From contig NC_042999.1 of assembly GCF_006345805.1 (NCBI RefSeq), positions 10,416,001 to 10,480,000 of the forward strand: a stretch of DNA of 64,000 nt, given 5' to 3'. This document shows, in pieces, positions 14,701-27,155 of the stretch. Made by a program: the position numbers and the translations under genes. The notes beneath the pieces were generated by a model. That model was not told the DNA's origin. It ran no database searches and saw nothing but the letters and a program-made list of their open reading frames with translations. The stretch is from Octopus sinensis (taxonomy: Eukaryota). The stretch's first letter is position 1. The number at the start of each line of letters is the position of its first letter.

Positions 14701-16403
14701 AGGGAGGCTGGCATCGACCATGTTCAGATGGTGCATTTTACATCATACCGGCACATGAGCCAGTCGGGGCAGGAAGGCTGGCATAAACCATGTTCAGATG
14801 GTGCCTTTTACGTGCTACCGGCACATGAGCCAGTCGGGGCAGGGAGGCTGGCATAAACCATGTTCAGATGGTGCCTTTCACGTGCTACCGGCACATGAGC
14901 CAGTCGGGGCAGGGAGGCTGGCATCGACCACGTTCAGATGGTGACTTTTACGTGCTACCGGCACATGAGCCAGTCGGGGCACGGAGGCTGGCATCGACCA
15001 TGTTCAGATGGTGCATTTTACATGCTACCGGCACATGAGCCAGTCGGGGCAGGGAGGCTGGCATCGACCATGTTCAGATGGTGCATTTTACGTGCTACCG
15101 GCACATGAGCCAGTCGGGGCAGGGAGGCTGGCATCGACCATGTTCAGATGGTGGTGCATTTTACGTGCTACCGGCACATGAGCCAGTCGGGGCAGGGAGG
15201 CTGGCATCGACCATGTTCAGATGTGCATTTTACATGCTACCGGCACATGAGCCAGTCGGGGCAGGGAGGCTGGCATCGACCATGTTCAGATGGTGCATTT
15301 TACGTGCTACCGGCACATGAGCCAGTCGGGGCAGGGAGGCTGGCATCGACCATGTTCAGATGGTGCATTTTACGTGCTACCGGCACATGAGCCAGTCGGG
15401 GCAGGGAGGCTGGCATCGACCATGTTCAGATGGTGCATTTTACGTGCTACCGGCACATGAGCCAGTCGGGGCAGGGAGGCTGGCATCGACCGTGTTCAGA
15501 TGGTGCATTTTACATGCTACCGGCACATGAGCCAGTCGGGGCAGGGAGGCTGGCATCGACCATGTTCAGATGGTGCATTTTACATGCTACCGGCACATGA
15601 GCCAGTCGGGGCAGGGAGGCTGGCATCGACCATGTTCGGATGGTGCATTTTACGTGCTACCGGCACATGAGCCAGTCGGGGCAGGGAGGCTGGCATCGAC
15701 CATGTTCGGATGGTGCATTTTACATGCTACCGGCACATGAGCCAGTCGGGGCAGGGAGGCTGGCATCGACCATGTTCGGATGGTGCATTTTACATGCTAC
15801 CGGCACATGAGCCAGTCGGGGCAGGGAGGCTGGCATCGACCATGTTCGGATGGTGCATTTTACGTGCTACCGGCACATGAGCCAGTCGGGGCAGGGAGGC
15901 TGGCATCGACCATGTTCGGATGGTGCATTTTACATGCTACCGGCACATGAGCCAGTCGGGGCAGGGAGGCTGGCATCGACCATGTTCGGATGGTGCATTT
16001 TACGTGCTACCGGCACATGAGCCAGTCGGGGCAGGGAGGCTGGCATCGACCATGTTCGGATGGTGCATTTTACATGCTACCGGCACATGAGCCAGTCGGG
16101 GCAGGGAGGCTGGCATCGACCATGTTCAGATGGTGCCTTTTACATGCTACCGGCACATGAGCCAGTCGGGGCAGGGAGGCTGGCATCGACCATGTTCGGA
16201 TGGTGCATTTTACGTGCTACCGGCACATGAGCCAGTCGGGGCAGGGAGGCTGGCATCGACCATGTTCGGATGGTGCATTTTCCGTGCTACCGGCACATGA
16301 GCCAGTCGGGGCAGGGAGGCTGGCATCGACCATGTTCGGATGGTGCATTTTACGTGCTACCGGCACATGAGCCAGTCGGGGCAGGGAGGCTGGCATAAAC
16401 CAT
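8741..16403. repeat. 70-bp tandem array (~109 units, ~7.66 kb) in the last ACAT2 intron
   Basis: Unit GCTGGCATCGACCAYGTTCAGATGGTGCMTTTTACRTGCTACCGGCACATGAGCCAGTCGGGGCAGGGAG repeated head to tail with no unique spacers. Confidence 0.98.
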
Positions 16404-16429
16404 TTTATTTTGAGTCTGGTTATTCATAT

Positions 16430-17477
16430 TGTTACGACCTGCTGTCGCTCGAACTCGAACCCGGGATCCCAACAAGTCAAGCGACCACGATTGACCAGGC
16501 TCAATCAATCGGGAAAGTTCGCCTCGGAACTCAGAGAGGAGAGAGACACAGAGAGAGACACGAAGGCAATCAGCTTACATTCAACACTAGTTTATAACAA
16601 TTATTAGAACATCAAATACATTTAAAGATACATCAGATATATCAAAGAAGGAAACAACAGATCAAAGCATTTAAACAGTATGCAGATGCAATATACAGTT
16701 CAGACACAATAGTTCGAATCCAATTAAAACAACGATACAGTTCACATCAAATCACATTAAAGTCCTTCTCTTTTTCTTTAGCACTTATCAATACATTTCA
16801 ACAACTCTTTTTTCTTTCCTTAATTCACAATGTCTTTTTACTGTATCATTTCTTTTCCACAACAATTCTGAACATAAATACCACAACTCAATAACACACC
16901 AACAAGTCCTTTACTCAATTCACATTGTTCAATTCTTTAGCATTTCTTTAGCCTTTAGCACTGTTCTTTCTTTTTCTCTCTTTCTTTTACATAGGTAACA
17001 CGTATCAATACATAATTAAACACATACCGTCAACAACAGCCAAAAGACACTAACAAAACTTTACTGGAACAATTTCAGACGATTACTACTGTAATTGCCA
17101 AGCCCTCTCTCTCGCTCTCAGTCCTCTGTGTATCTCCCTCTCCTTCACGCTACTGTCATACTCTCGTCTGTCATCTCTCATGACTGTGTGTCTGTCTTTC
17201 TCTGTGCTTCCTTCGTAATCCTTTTGCTGTCTCTGGCAGAACTACCTGTTGCCAATTCACTCTGTTCCTGACTGACTCGTCTCTCACAGAGTTTCCAGCC
17301 GACTGTGTTTACAGCTCAAAGTTCCTCCTTTTTAATGGGGTGTTTACAACGAACTTTTGTTCACCTGAAAGGGGTCGCAGGTCTACCCAGAACCAATCAA
17401 TCCACCTGAATCTGACAGGACAATGGATCTATTCCAAAGTAGGTCGCAACCAACTGTCCTTAAATTGAACCACAACA
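16430..17477 (-). mobile_element. Solo LTR (Ty3/Gypsy-like), 1048 bp
   Basis: Starts TGTT and ends AACA. ATAT flanks it on both sides (16426-16429 and 17478-17481), consistent with a 4-bp TSD. Orientation is inferred only from a TATA-like ATTAAAAAGG on the minus strand near 17330. Confidence 0.65.
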
Positions 17478-18125
17478 ATATATTTTAGGCGTTTTTTTTT
17501 TCCTTTTTGCTTTTTTTTTTAACTTTACCTCCATGTATTGGATTGTTAAAGAAAGAAAGGAGATTACCATGGAATGTTGTTACTTTATTTCATTTAAACA
17601 ATGACTGATTGATCTGATTTTATTCATAAATTAATTGCTTTATAAAAACAGCAGACAGAATTCCAATTGTCTTGGATTTTACTTAAATGTGTCAATATGG
17701 TTATGATAATGTCATCATCATCGTGATTGTTTTAACGTCTATTTTTCCATGCTTGCATGGGTTAGACAGAATTTGGTAACACAGATATTCTGCAGCCAGA
17801 TGCCCTTCCTTGTTTTTGAGTTAGGAAATATTTCTTCATGGCCGGACTGTCTTCATGGCAGATTGGAAATGAAGGACAGGACCTGAATGATGCTGATGCG
17901 TGTTTACAAAGATTGACCAATGTCAAAGCAAGAAGACATGCACACATACACACACACACAAATATGGTGGGCTTCTTTCAGTTTCCATCTACTAAATCCA
18001 TTCACAAGGCTTTGGTTGCTCTGAGACTAAAGTAGAAAACACTTGTCCAAGATGTCATGCAATGGGACTGAACCCAAAGCCTCATGGTTGTGAAGCTAGC
18101 TTCTTAAAACTAAACCAAATAATAA

Positions 18126-18350
<225 letters not shown>

Positions 18351-19183
18351 GAAGTTCTCTTGCCTTAAATATCTCTGGAAATTTGCCTGAATATACATGC
18401 TCTCTCTTTCTTTTCATATATATAATTATTTCATAAAAAATATGATATATATTTATTGCATATTTTTCTTGCTATTATTATTCTTATTACTTTATAATAT
18501 GGAGAGCTAAAAATGGTTGTATCAGACAAAATGCCTTACAATATTTAGTTTTCATTTTTTCTGTATTTGGAATTTAAAGCCTCACTGCTAATTTGCCTTT
18601 CATCCCTCTGCTATACGTACCAGATGTATACTAGGGTTGGTTCAGTTAATTATACACCCCCACTACAAGTCTGTGTCATTATATTTACATATGTTCAACA
18701 TACAGCTGCAGATGCGATATTTGGACCCATCATCAGCATTGTATCCTAGGATCACTGGGTGTTTCAGGTCTTCTAACATACACCCACATTTATGTGACCC
18801 AAACAAAGATGATCAAACCACAACCCAAGTACCTGACATATACTAGGACTAATTCGGTTCATTATACTCTTCCACTACAGATTTATAGCACTGTACCAAC
18901 ATAAGCAGTTTATATATTATGTAAAATTTAATTAACTATATTTTGGTTTATGTTACTTTACATGATAATACTATTAAATATGAAATTTATACAAAATCTT
19001 GAAATGCTTTTCTAGGGTTAATCTGATTGTTTTCCCACTTTTCCTAATTTCTTCTTTATGTCTATTTTTCCATGCTTGCATGGATCAGATGAATACACTC
19101 GAACAGAGTAAATGATAGCATCTATATGAATAGCAGTGTCATTGTTTGCAACCAATAAACATATATGAAGGTAAAGATAAGTA

Positions 19184-19233
<50 letters not shown>

Positions 19234-19439
19234 ACACACACACACAGAGTACCTGTATGACCGATTTCTCCACTCACAAGACTAGTTGATCTGAAGCTAT
19301 AGAAGAAGACAGTTACTCAAAGCGGCATGCAGTGGGACTGAACCTGAAACCATGGTCTTTGGAAGTGATCCTCAAATTTATTCCCATTATTACCATAACC
19401 CTTTATCTTGTGTGTGTGAGAGAAATTGCAATGAAATGT

Positions 19440-19740
19440 GTTGAGTAGCAGAGGGAAGACAAGGCAACGCTTCTCAGTAAAATGGTCTGCTTTGCCGCCA
19501 TCACAGGGTTCTTGTACACTCATCAGACCCTAACAAATTTCAATCATGCCATTCTTGTTCTCAGGCAGTTGAATGTCTTCCGTAGAATCCGTGGTGCTTC
19601 TGAGTCAAGAGGGAAGTCATCAGCAGGAGAGATCTCCATGTCAATTGGACGGGGAGGGGGGTTCTTCTTGAGCTTTTCCATCCAGAGCTGTGTAATCCTA
19701 CATTTAACACATGCAGAATAAATCTCCAACTTGTAAATCC
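19440..19740 (-). mobile_element. Degenerate non-LTR retrotransposon ORF2 C-terminal remnant
   Basis: PRILRKTFNCLRT resembles the PR..W..LNRLRTG motif. It is followed in another frame by PCDGGKADHFTEKRC, a decayed CCHC-like finger. Confidence 0.4.
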
Positions 19741-20768
19741 ATACAATCCAGTGAGTAATTAAGTTGGTAATTAATAAAACCCACAACTCAACTATGGAAC
19801 ATACAAAGTGCCTTTTATTGTTGTATCCCGTGTTACCTAGTTGATGGGTGGGCAATGTTATATTCCCTTATTTAACCCTTTTTTCTACCATATTTCTATT
19901 AAAAAATGCTACCTTTTTGTTTCAGTAAATTATGAAAATAACGAATTTAGTAAAATATTTTTGTCAGTATTAAGCTGGGGTTTGGAATATGAATTAACCG
20001 TTTTTTTTATACCAACCTACATGAAACTAACCCTAATTCTATGATATAAGTTTTTCATCTAAAAATGATCCAAATTCTATCCTTTCAACAAAATTCCATG
20101 TAGAGTTATGTTCCAAACATCATCTTAAGGACAAAATTAGCTTTACTACATTCTTCATTATTTTTTAAAGTTAATTGAAACAAATCCAGTGTATTTCATC
20201 AGAAAGGGTTAACAGTGAAATTTTAATGGAAGATTTTGAGATAATTTTAAAAGAGGAAATTTCTGTCATAGAACCAGGGCTGTCTCAGGCAGGTTGATAT
20301 CAAAAGGGTTAATGGATATGTTTTTTATTTTGCAAATTACAAGATGGATTGATTATTCCTTATTCAGTTCACATGTGGAAAGGAAAAGGCCTAGAGGGAA
20401 TTGCTTGAAGAGTTTTGGATTGTTTGTTTTTTTTTAATAAGTGAATTATTTCTTGTATAGTTCTACAGTTCTTTTATTTTTTTCTTTTAAATTCCTTCAA
20501 TATAAACATAAAATACTTAATAACTTCTCAGTGCCAACCACTTTATTTTTTTTTCCTCTCCAATTGTGATAACCCAAATGCTTTCTCTTGAAACAATTAT
20601 ATTTTTTTTGATAATAAAATGCAGTGATATCATTTATAATTAATTAGGACAATTTCAAATTCTTCTTCATTTATTTCTGTTTTTTTTTATTTGTCAAAAT
20701 GAATAATAGAAATAATTAAAAGAAAAATGTAATTTTCTATACTTTTGAAGTAAAAGTAGCACCAAATG

Positions 20769-20801
<33 letters not shown>

Positions 20802-21310
20802 GGAAGCAGACTTGCAATATATGTTTTTTTTTATAAGCTTGTAAATTCCTGAAAAAAAATGACAATAGATCATTTTGCAGATTTGATTGCCATTCCCGTG
20901 CTTCTATGGAACTAATACAAAGAGACAAGGAATATAATTTTTGTGCTGTTTTTTTTTTTTTTTTTTACCATTACCTTGTTTGGGTGGAGAGAAAAAACCC
21001 TTTACCTGTTGAAATTTTTTTTTTTTTAGTGGCAGCTTTTAAAAGTATTTAAACTTGGACTCCATCAATTTGGTTGTGATAGCAGCATTTATGGCTGTTT
21101 CCCAAAATAGGCTTTCTTCTGATTTAAAAAAGAAAGCAAAAAAGAAATTTGAGACACTTTTGCAATTTGACTCGTCCACGAATGGTAATAACAGCTTTGC
21201 CAGCATGGCAAGCCAGAAAGAAGCATTGGACAGGGGTCGTCTCTAGGGAAAGGTAAGAGACATTGAAGAGGTGTTTTACGAAGGATTGCACCAACTTGCT
21301 TGAGGAATAT

Positions 21311-21830
21311 CATCATCATCGTTTAACGTCTGCTTTCCATGCTAGCATGGGTTGGACGATTTGACTGAGGTCTGGCGAACCAGACTCCAATGTTGATCTG
21401 GCAGAGTTTCTACAGCTGGATGCCCTTCCTAACGCCAACCACTCCGAGAGTGTAGTGGGTGCTTTTTACGTGCCACGGGCACGAGGGCCAGTTTGGTGGT
21501 ACTGGCAACGGCCACGCCCAAATGGTGTTTTTTATGTGCCACCTGCACAGGAGCCAGTCCAGCGGCACTGGCGACGACCTCGCTCAAATGTTTCACGTGC
21601 CACCAGCACAAGTGCTAGTAAGGCGATGCAGGTAATGATCACGCTCGGATGGTGTGTTTAATGTGCCATCGGCGCGAAGGCCAGCTTGTTGCTCTGGCAA
21701 CAATCTCACTCGTATGGTACTCTTAGCGCTCCACTAGCAACGGATGCCAGTTACGGAGTTTGATTGATTTCACGTACCTCAACAGGTCCGCAATCGAGTT
21801 GATTTCACTTGCCTCAACTGGTCTTCGCAA
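21311..21830 (-). mobile_element. RTE LINE 3' UTR with internal ~70-bp subrepeats
   Basis: (CAT)n CGTTTAACGTC tail plus several diverged tgctttttacgtgccac...ggca subunits. Confidence 0.8.
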
Positions 21831-22029
21831 GCAGAGTTTAGTGAACAAATAGCAAAATAACTCACTGCCATCTTACCAAAAATGGAAGGACGTTTTATTT
21901 GTTCCTTTTTGCATCCATTTTTCCATGTTAGAATGGGTCACGTGATTATATTATTGAGGTATTGTTCTACAACTGGATGCTTTCTCGTCACTAAACTTCA
22001 TCTGTTTTTCAAATAATGTATCTTCATAT

Positions 22030-22960
22030 CTTTGAAGGTTCAAAGAACAATGGGGAAGAAGCTCTGGCCCCAATGTCAGGCATATGGAAGCCTATGCTGG
22101 GTCTGTGAGACCAAACATGTGCATCCTTAAGAGAAACAACAGGGGAGATTACTGTGTCACACATCTGGCCTCTGGTTGGTCTGCCATGAATGGAATGGCA
22201 AAAATACAAGAATCACTGCCAGGGATATTGAGAATAATGTTGCTCCTTGGCTCTTCTTCGCACAGGTACAGACCTTTGGTGGGCAAAGGTAATGCACAAT
22301 TGGGTTATATGGGATTAGTATGGACATACAAGTCCCAATGAGCCCCTAAAGGTTACAAGGCTATTCTGGAGCTGTACCCCATTGTAAGAGATTGAAAGGG
22401 AAGAAATTAGATTAACCAGGTTGGGTAGAAAACTCAGTTGTGCTGATTATGTAACAATAAGAGCCACTTGAGGGAGTTTCTGCCCAGCAAAGCCGAACAA
22501 GACACAGCTGCAGGACCCAGAAATTAGTTTCCTCGGCTTTACTGGTCCCAGATTTAAGGTCAGCCCCCAAAAAGCTCTTGTCCTCAGTAGCAGGAGCTTG
22601 AGGTGTTTCTTTGGGCCACAACCTGTAGCAAACACCCACCACCACCCACTGCTCCCTGCATTGTCTTGTGATGATGGAAGATTGGAATGGTAAATTGTCT
22701 GGAACAGCAAAAAAAGAAAAATCAAATTCAAGCAAAAGGCAAGAGATGAGGAAGAACCCACCTCCCCAGGACTCTTGAACTTCACAATCCTCTGGCTTAA
22801 GTCAACAAGGAATTGATGGATCTTTTAAATAAACAGAAGGAAGAAGAGGCAGGAGACATTGATACCGGTTAAAGAGGGAATTGGCTCCAATTCTCTGGAA
22901 CATTTGAATGTTGGTGAAAAAATACATTATCTGAAGATGCACAGTTAAAGTGGGAGTATT
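22030..22960 (+). mobile_element. Decayed gag/ORF1-like retroelement fragment
   Basis: At 22441: tgc tga tta tgt aac aat aag agc cac ttg agg gag ttt (c) tgc cca = C*LCNNKSHLREF-CP. This is a CX2CX4HX4C zinc knuckle with one stop and one frameshift, in purine-rich coding-like sequence. Confidence 0.35.
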
Positions 22961-24095
22961 CTTCCATGACCATCACCAAAGATGCTTGTGGTACATTCAG
23001 GAGTAGAAACCAGAGTGTATGCCCTGATCTTACCTGGCTGATGGCTAATCACCTGTGTGTAGGTGTACTATCCTTGTGTGTGTCTATGTGTAATTATTTA
23101 CATTTCTGTATTTTGTATCAAATTTTAACCCTTTTGATTCCATCCCACCTAAAACCACTCCTGGTTCTACGATACAAACTCCCTGCTTTAAAATGGTTTT
23201 TATTTAAAAACTTCAATCAAAATTTCATCTTAATTTCTGTTCCAAACACAAGCTTTAAAATGACTAAACTTTTTTACTAAATTCTTCGTTATTTTCAAAA
23301 TTAATTAAAATGAAGAAAGTGTGTATCAACAGAAGTTTGTTGACAAAAGGGTTAAAAATGTCTTTATATATTGTACAGCGTTTTTTTTTTTCTTACCTTC
23401 GTCTGTCATTCTTACATCTCCACATATCTAGCAAACACTTTTTTTCCTAAAATATTCTTTTATGCATGGACACACAAATAAATGAAAATAATATTTAGAG
23501 ATTACATTCTTAAAGAACATTTTTCATAAAGATGTAAGCTTTATATATATTTTTTTTATCTTCTTTTATTGTGGCTTAAAAGACTTTAATTTGCCAAGCT
23601 TTTTCTGCCATCAGGTACTGAAACAAGGGAATTGAAGCAGGATATGCTTCTGAAATTTCTTCAGGAAAATAAAAATAAACAAAAGACATTTAAATAACAG
23701 ATGTTGTACTTCAAAAAAGTACAGAAGATTGAAAATTCCTCATAAAAACACAGATTTTTGCAGGAAAATAAATGAAAAATAAAATTAAAAAATGCAAAGC
23801 AGCAGTTTGTCACTAAAGAAAGTGCTTCTTTTCTAAAAAGATTTTTCTAAGAATGGAGAAGGAAGATGGCAATTTCTCTCTTCTTCACAAAGGTGGCAAT
23901 TGTAGTTTATTTATTGTTCTATAATCCCTGGATTATAAGGTTTTCAGGACAATTTAGGTGCCAAATCAAGATGGGTATTAAACATGGATTAATACAGTAA
24001 TTCAACAGCTTTGGATTATCTCAATAGAAAATATATTAAGTATAAAATATTTTATTGTTGATATTTAATATATTTTTACAAAATACCACTTTGTT

Positions 24096-25193
24096 ATTAT
24101 GTTGAATCAAAAGTTTTACAGTTTTTGGAAATTTCTTTGCTTTATTCATCAAGTTGCAACAAAAACAGTCTAGAATTCAAAGTAAAGCCCATCGACTTTT
24201 ACTGTCTGAAACCAACTTGTGCCAGTTATTTGATGCCATGTTGATACCAGTTCTTGTCGTTGGAAGCAAAGAACTCCTGCATCAATGAGGCTTCCACCTC
24301 TTCCTTGATGAAGCATCCCAAGCACCGGATGTGAGCCACGAGTTGGAACAAGTGTTAATCCAAGGAAGTTCGGTTCAGACTATATACTGGGTGGGGAATC
24401 CTTTCCATTCCCTCAAGTTCCTGGTAATTTGTTGGGTCGTTGGAATGGTATGAGGTCTTGAGTTGTCTTGCTGCAGAAAAGTTTGCTTTCTGTTAACCAA
24501 TGCCGGGTGTTTATTGTCACACAGTGACATACATCAGTGAGATGCCAAACTCACCAGATTTGCATCTGTGGCTTGGAGCACATCCTTGCAATCCACAGTT
24601 TTAGGTCTATTTCACTTTGTCTGATCATCAAGGTTCTTGCAACACAAAATGTCTGGCTTCTATGCTATGATCGACTGTGCCTTCACCTTTCACACAACAA
24701 ATGGTTTTGGTTGCTTCTGTGGCATTGTGACCCACTTTGAACTTGTAAAGCATAAGTTCCTGAACTAGACAGCATTGCACGTTCATCTGTGTGGCTTTCA
24801 AATCACAGAGTGGAGCAATACACATGTCTGCTCACCAAATGCTATCAGACTATAAACCTCAGCAGCTCCCTCCCATGGCTTGAACTGCTTTGGTCATGTG
24901 ATATACACATCGCAAACTAGCACTTATGCAAATATTCTTTTCTTCTCTAGGAACAAGGCCCGAAATTTTGGGGGAGGGGGCCAGGCAATTAGATCGACCC
25001 AGTACACAACTGGTACTTAATTTATCGACTCCAAAAGGATAAAAGGCAAAGTCGACCTTGGCAGAATTTGAACTCAGAAGGTAAAGACAGACGAAATACT
25101 GCTAATCATTTCACCTGGTGTGCTAACGTTTCTGCCAGCTTGCCACCTTAGCACTGGGGCAAATATTATGAAACTTTTGACTTAAATTCAATA
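24096..25193 (-). mobile_element. Mariner transposon remnant with a nested SINE (~24945-25150)
   Basis: Minus strand reads ELMLYKFKVGHNATEATKTICCVKGEGTVDHS (mariner N-terminal HTH) and a decayed HPxYSPDLAPSDYHLF. Inverted termini: tcaaaagtttt near 24107 and aaacttttgac near 25171. Confidence 0.75.
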
Positions 25194-25601
25194 TTTCTAA
25201 AAAAAAAGTAATTATATTTCAGACATTTATCATCATCATCATCATCATCATCATTTAACATCTGTTTTACATGCTAGCATGGGTTGGACAGTTCGACTGG
25301 GGTCTGGGAAGCCGGGAGGCTGCACTAGGCTCCAGTCTGATCTGGCAGTGTTTCTACAGCTGGATGGTGCTTTTTTTATATACAAACTATTTCTTTGTTT
25401 CTTTCTAAGTTTGTATTAACTTCATTAAAAAATAATTGTGTAGAAATGAATTCATTTTGAAATGTTGCCATCAATATTGGATTAAGAAGATAATTCAGAA
25501 TTCTGAAATTGATTGTTTAGATGGGGAAAATAGGATCTTTGACAGAAGAATTGTCCATTATTTACCTTTGATGGATATTTGTCCTCATCTTGTTTGTTGT
25601 T

Positions 25602-25647
25602 AACACAACATTTCGGCTGATATACCCTCCAGCCGTCTTCAGGTGTC
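25602..25647 (-). ncRNA. Minimal type I hammerhead ribozyme motif (PLE type), core intact
   Basis: Minus strand: gacac CTGAAGA c ggctg gagggtatat cagcc GAAA tgtt gtgtt. Stem I gacac/gtgtt, stem II ggctg/cagcc, with CUGANGA and GAAA boxes. Confidence 0.65.
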
Positions 25648-25696
25648 TTGGGAAAATTTTGAACCTGGATTCACATTCCTAAGGTATTTTTCAATG

Positions 25697-25736
<40 letters not shown>

Positions 25737-25809
25737 AGTTACTGCCTGGAATAATAATAACATCGAAAAATACCTTAGGAATGAGAACCGAGGTTTGAAA
25801 TTTTCCCGA

Positions 25810-25855
25810 GACACCTGATGAAGGCTGGAGAGTATATCAGCCAAAACATTGTGTT
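25810..25855 (+). ncRNA. Minimal hammerhead ribozyme motif, mutated copy
   Basis: gacac CTGATGA a ggctg gagagtatat cagcc AAAA catt gtgtt; the GAAA box has become AAAA. Confidence 0.55.
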
Positions 25856-26799
25856 AACAACAAACAAGATGAGGACAAATATTCGTCAAATGTAAATAAT
25901 GTACATAATTCCTCATCTCTTAAATTGTCATCATCATTGTTTTAAAGTCCACTTTGCCCTGCTTGAATGGATAGGATGGAATTCACTGACACAGATTTTC
26001 AAAGTCTGGATGCTGTTCCTGTCACCAACCTTCACCTGCTTCCAGGGCAAGGTAAAATTCCCCCCTCAGCCAGACAGGTTACCATAGAAGATTGGAAATG
26101 AACAACGGTGTATGGCGATGATCCTCATTTACAAATACCTCATGATATGAAGACAAAGGTACCCACAGTCACACATACCCCCAAACGTGTGTGATGCAGA
26201 TGTGGATGTGCAGCCAAGAAGTTTGCTTCCCAGCCATGTGATGCCAATAAAATGAAGTAAAAGTCAGAACCAGAACCATCAGTGGACATTGAATAACTTT
26301 AACCGTACATAAATATCAATAACACTGTGGAAACAATTGGAGCTAAAAAAACAGTTTTATTTTGGATAGTAGATAAAACCCAATATTACTACAACGCCCA
26401 AGCTACAGCATCTTGCCTTTCAGTTACGTATATACATTTAGTATAATATACTTATTTAAGGCTGTTTTAATTGTGGACAAGTTTTCTGCAGCCTGGCAAG
26501 CTTTCTGCAACATCAGAGAATGTCTCATTTTTCTTTGTTCTTTATACATTGGAGGGGAATGGATTTTCATTTGGGCAGGTAACAAGCAGGTACACATCGT
26601 CCAAGAAGGTCAAAATGTGTCTGGCATTCTTGTGAGTAACTGCCGGGATGATGTTCACCTCACTGCAATTCTTGGTGATTTTAAATCAATGTCTCTAGGA
26701 ACAGATTCACTCTCAGACAAAAACCACAACATCATGCCTTTCAGTGGTGTATGTACAACAGGTATGGTACACAGATGTGTGTGTTGTGTGTGCACATAC

Positions 26800-27155
26800 T
26801 CTCTTTACTTGTTTCAGTCATTTGACTGCGGCCATGCTGGAGCACCGCCTTTAGTCGAGCAAATCGACCCCGGGACTTATTCTATCGGTCTCTTTTGCCG
26901 AACCGCTAAGTTACGGGGACGTAAACAAACCAGTATCGGTTCTCATGCAATGCTAAGGGGACAAACACAGACACACAAACACACACACATATATATATAT
27001 ACGACGGACTTCTTTCAGTTTCCGTCTACCAAATCCACTCATAAGGCTTTGGTCTGCCCAAGGCTATAGTAGAAGACACTTGCCCAAGGTGACACGCAGT
27101 GGGACTGAACCCAGAACCATGTGGTTGGTAGACAAGCTACTTACCACTCAGCTGC
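26800..27155 (-). mobile_element. Composite tRNA-derived SINE (CORE-like)
   Basis: Minus strand: gtggtaagtagcttg...ggttcagtcccactgcgtgtcaccttgggcaagtgtcttctac. Related copies at ~2495, 6245, 17960, 36810-37165, 37310, 52250, 57020. Confidence 0.75.

Larger units (their letters stand above)
25557..25900. mobile_element. Penelope-like (PLE) inverted terminal-repeat pair
   Basis: ~150-bp inverted arms (25557-25707 and 25750-25900) around an (ATT)n tract; each arm carries a hammerhead motif. Confidence 0.7.

Noticed and set aside
8741-16403. CRISPR array or repetitive protein gene (ORFs such as MVHFTCYRHMSQSGQGG...)
   Set aside because: There are no unique spacers, no cas genes, and the context is a eukaryotic intron. 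The 70-bp unit is not a multiple of 3 and contains stop triplets on both strands, so every frame closes within a few units.
8741-16403. Ribozyme-bearing satellite (hammerhead in the 70-bp unit)
   Set aside because: Neither strand of the unit has CUGANGA plus GAAA. Only small hairpins (gccagtc/ggctggc; ggtgcat/atgctacc) and a weak two-tier G-run pattern are present.
21030-21252. Possible exon (strong poly-T AG acceptor at 21029, GTAAG donor at ~21253)
   Set aside because: All three frames contain stops. A non-coding exon cannot be supported without RNA data.
26413-27069. 218-aa ORF
   Set aside because: Its second half is SINE and microsatellite sequence and it has no recognisable domain. The first half may be a decayed DNA-transposon end but cannot be assigned.
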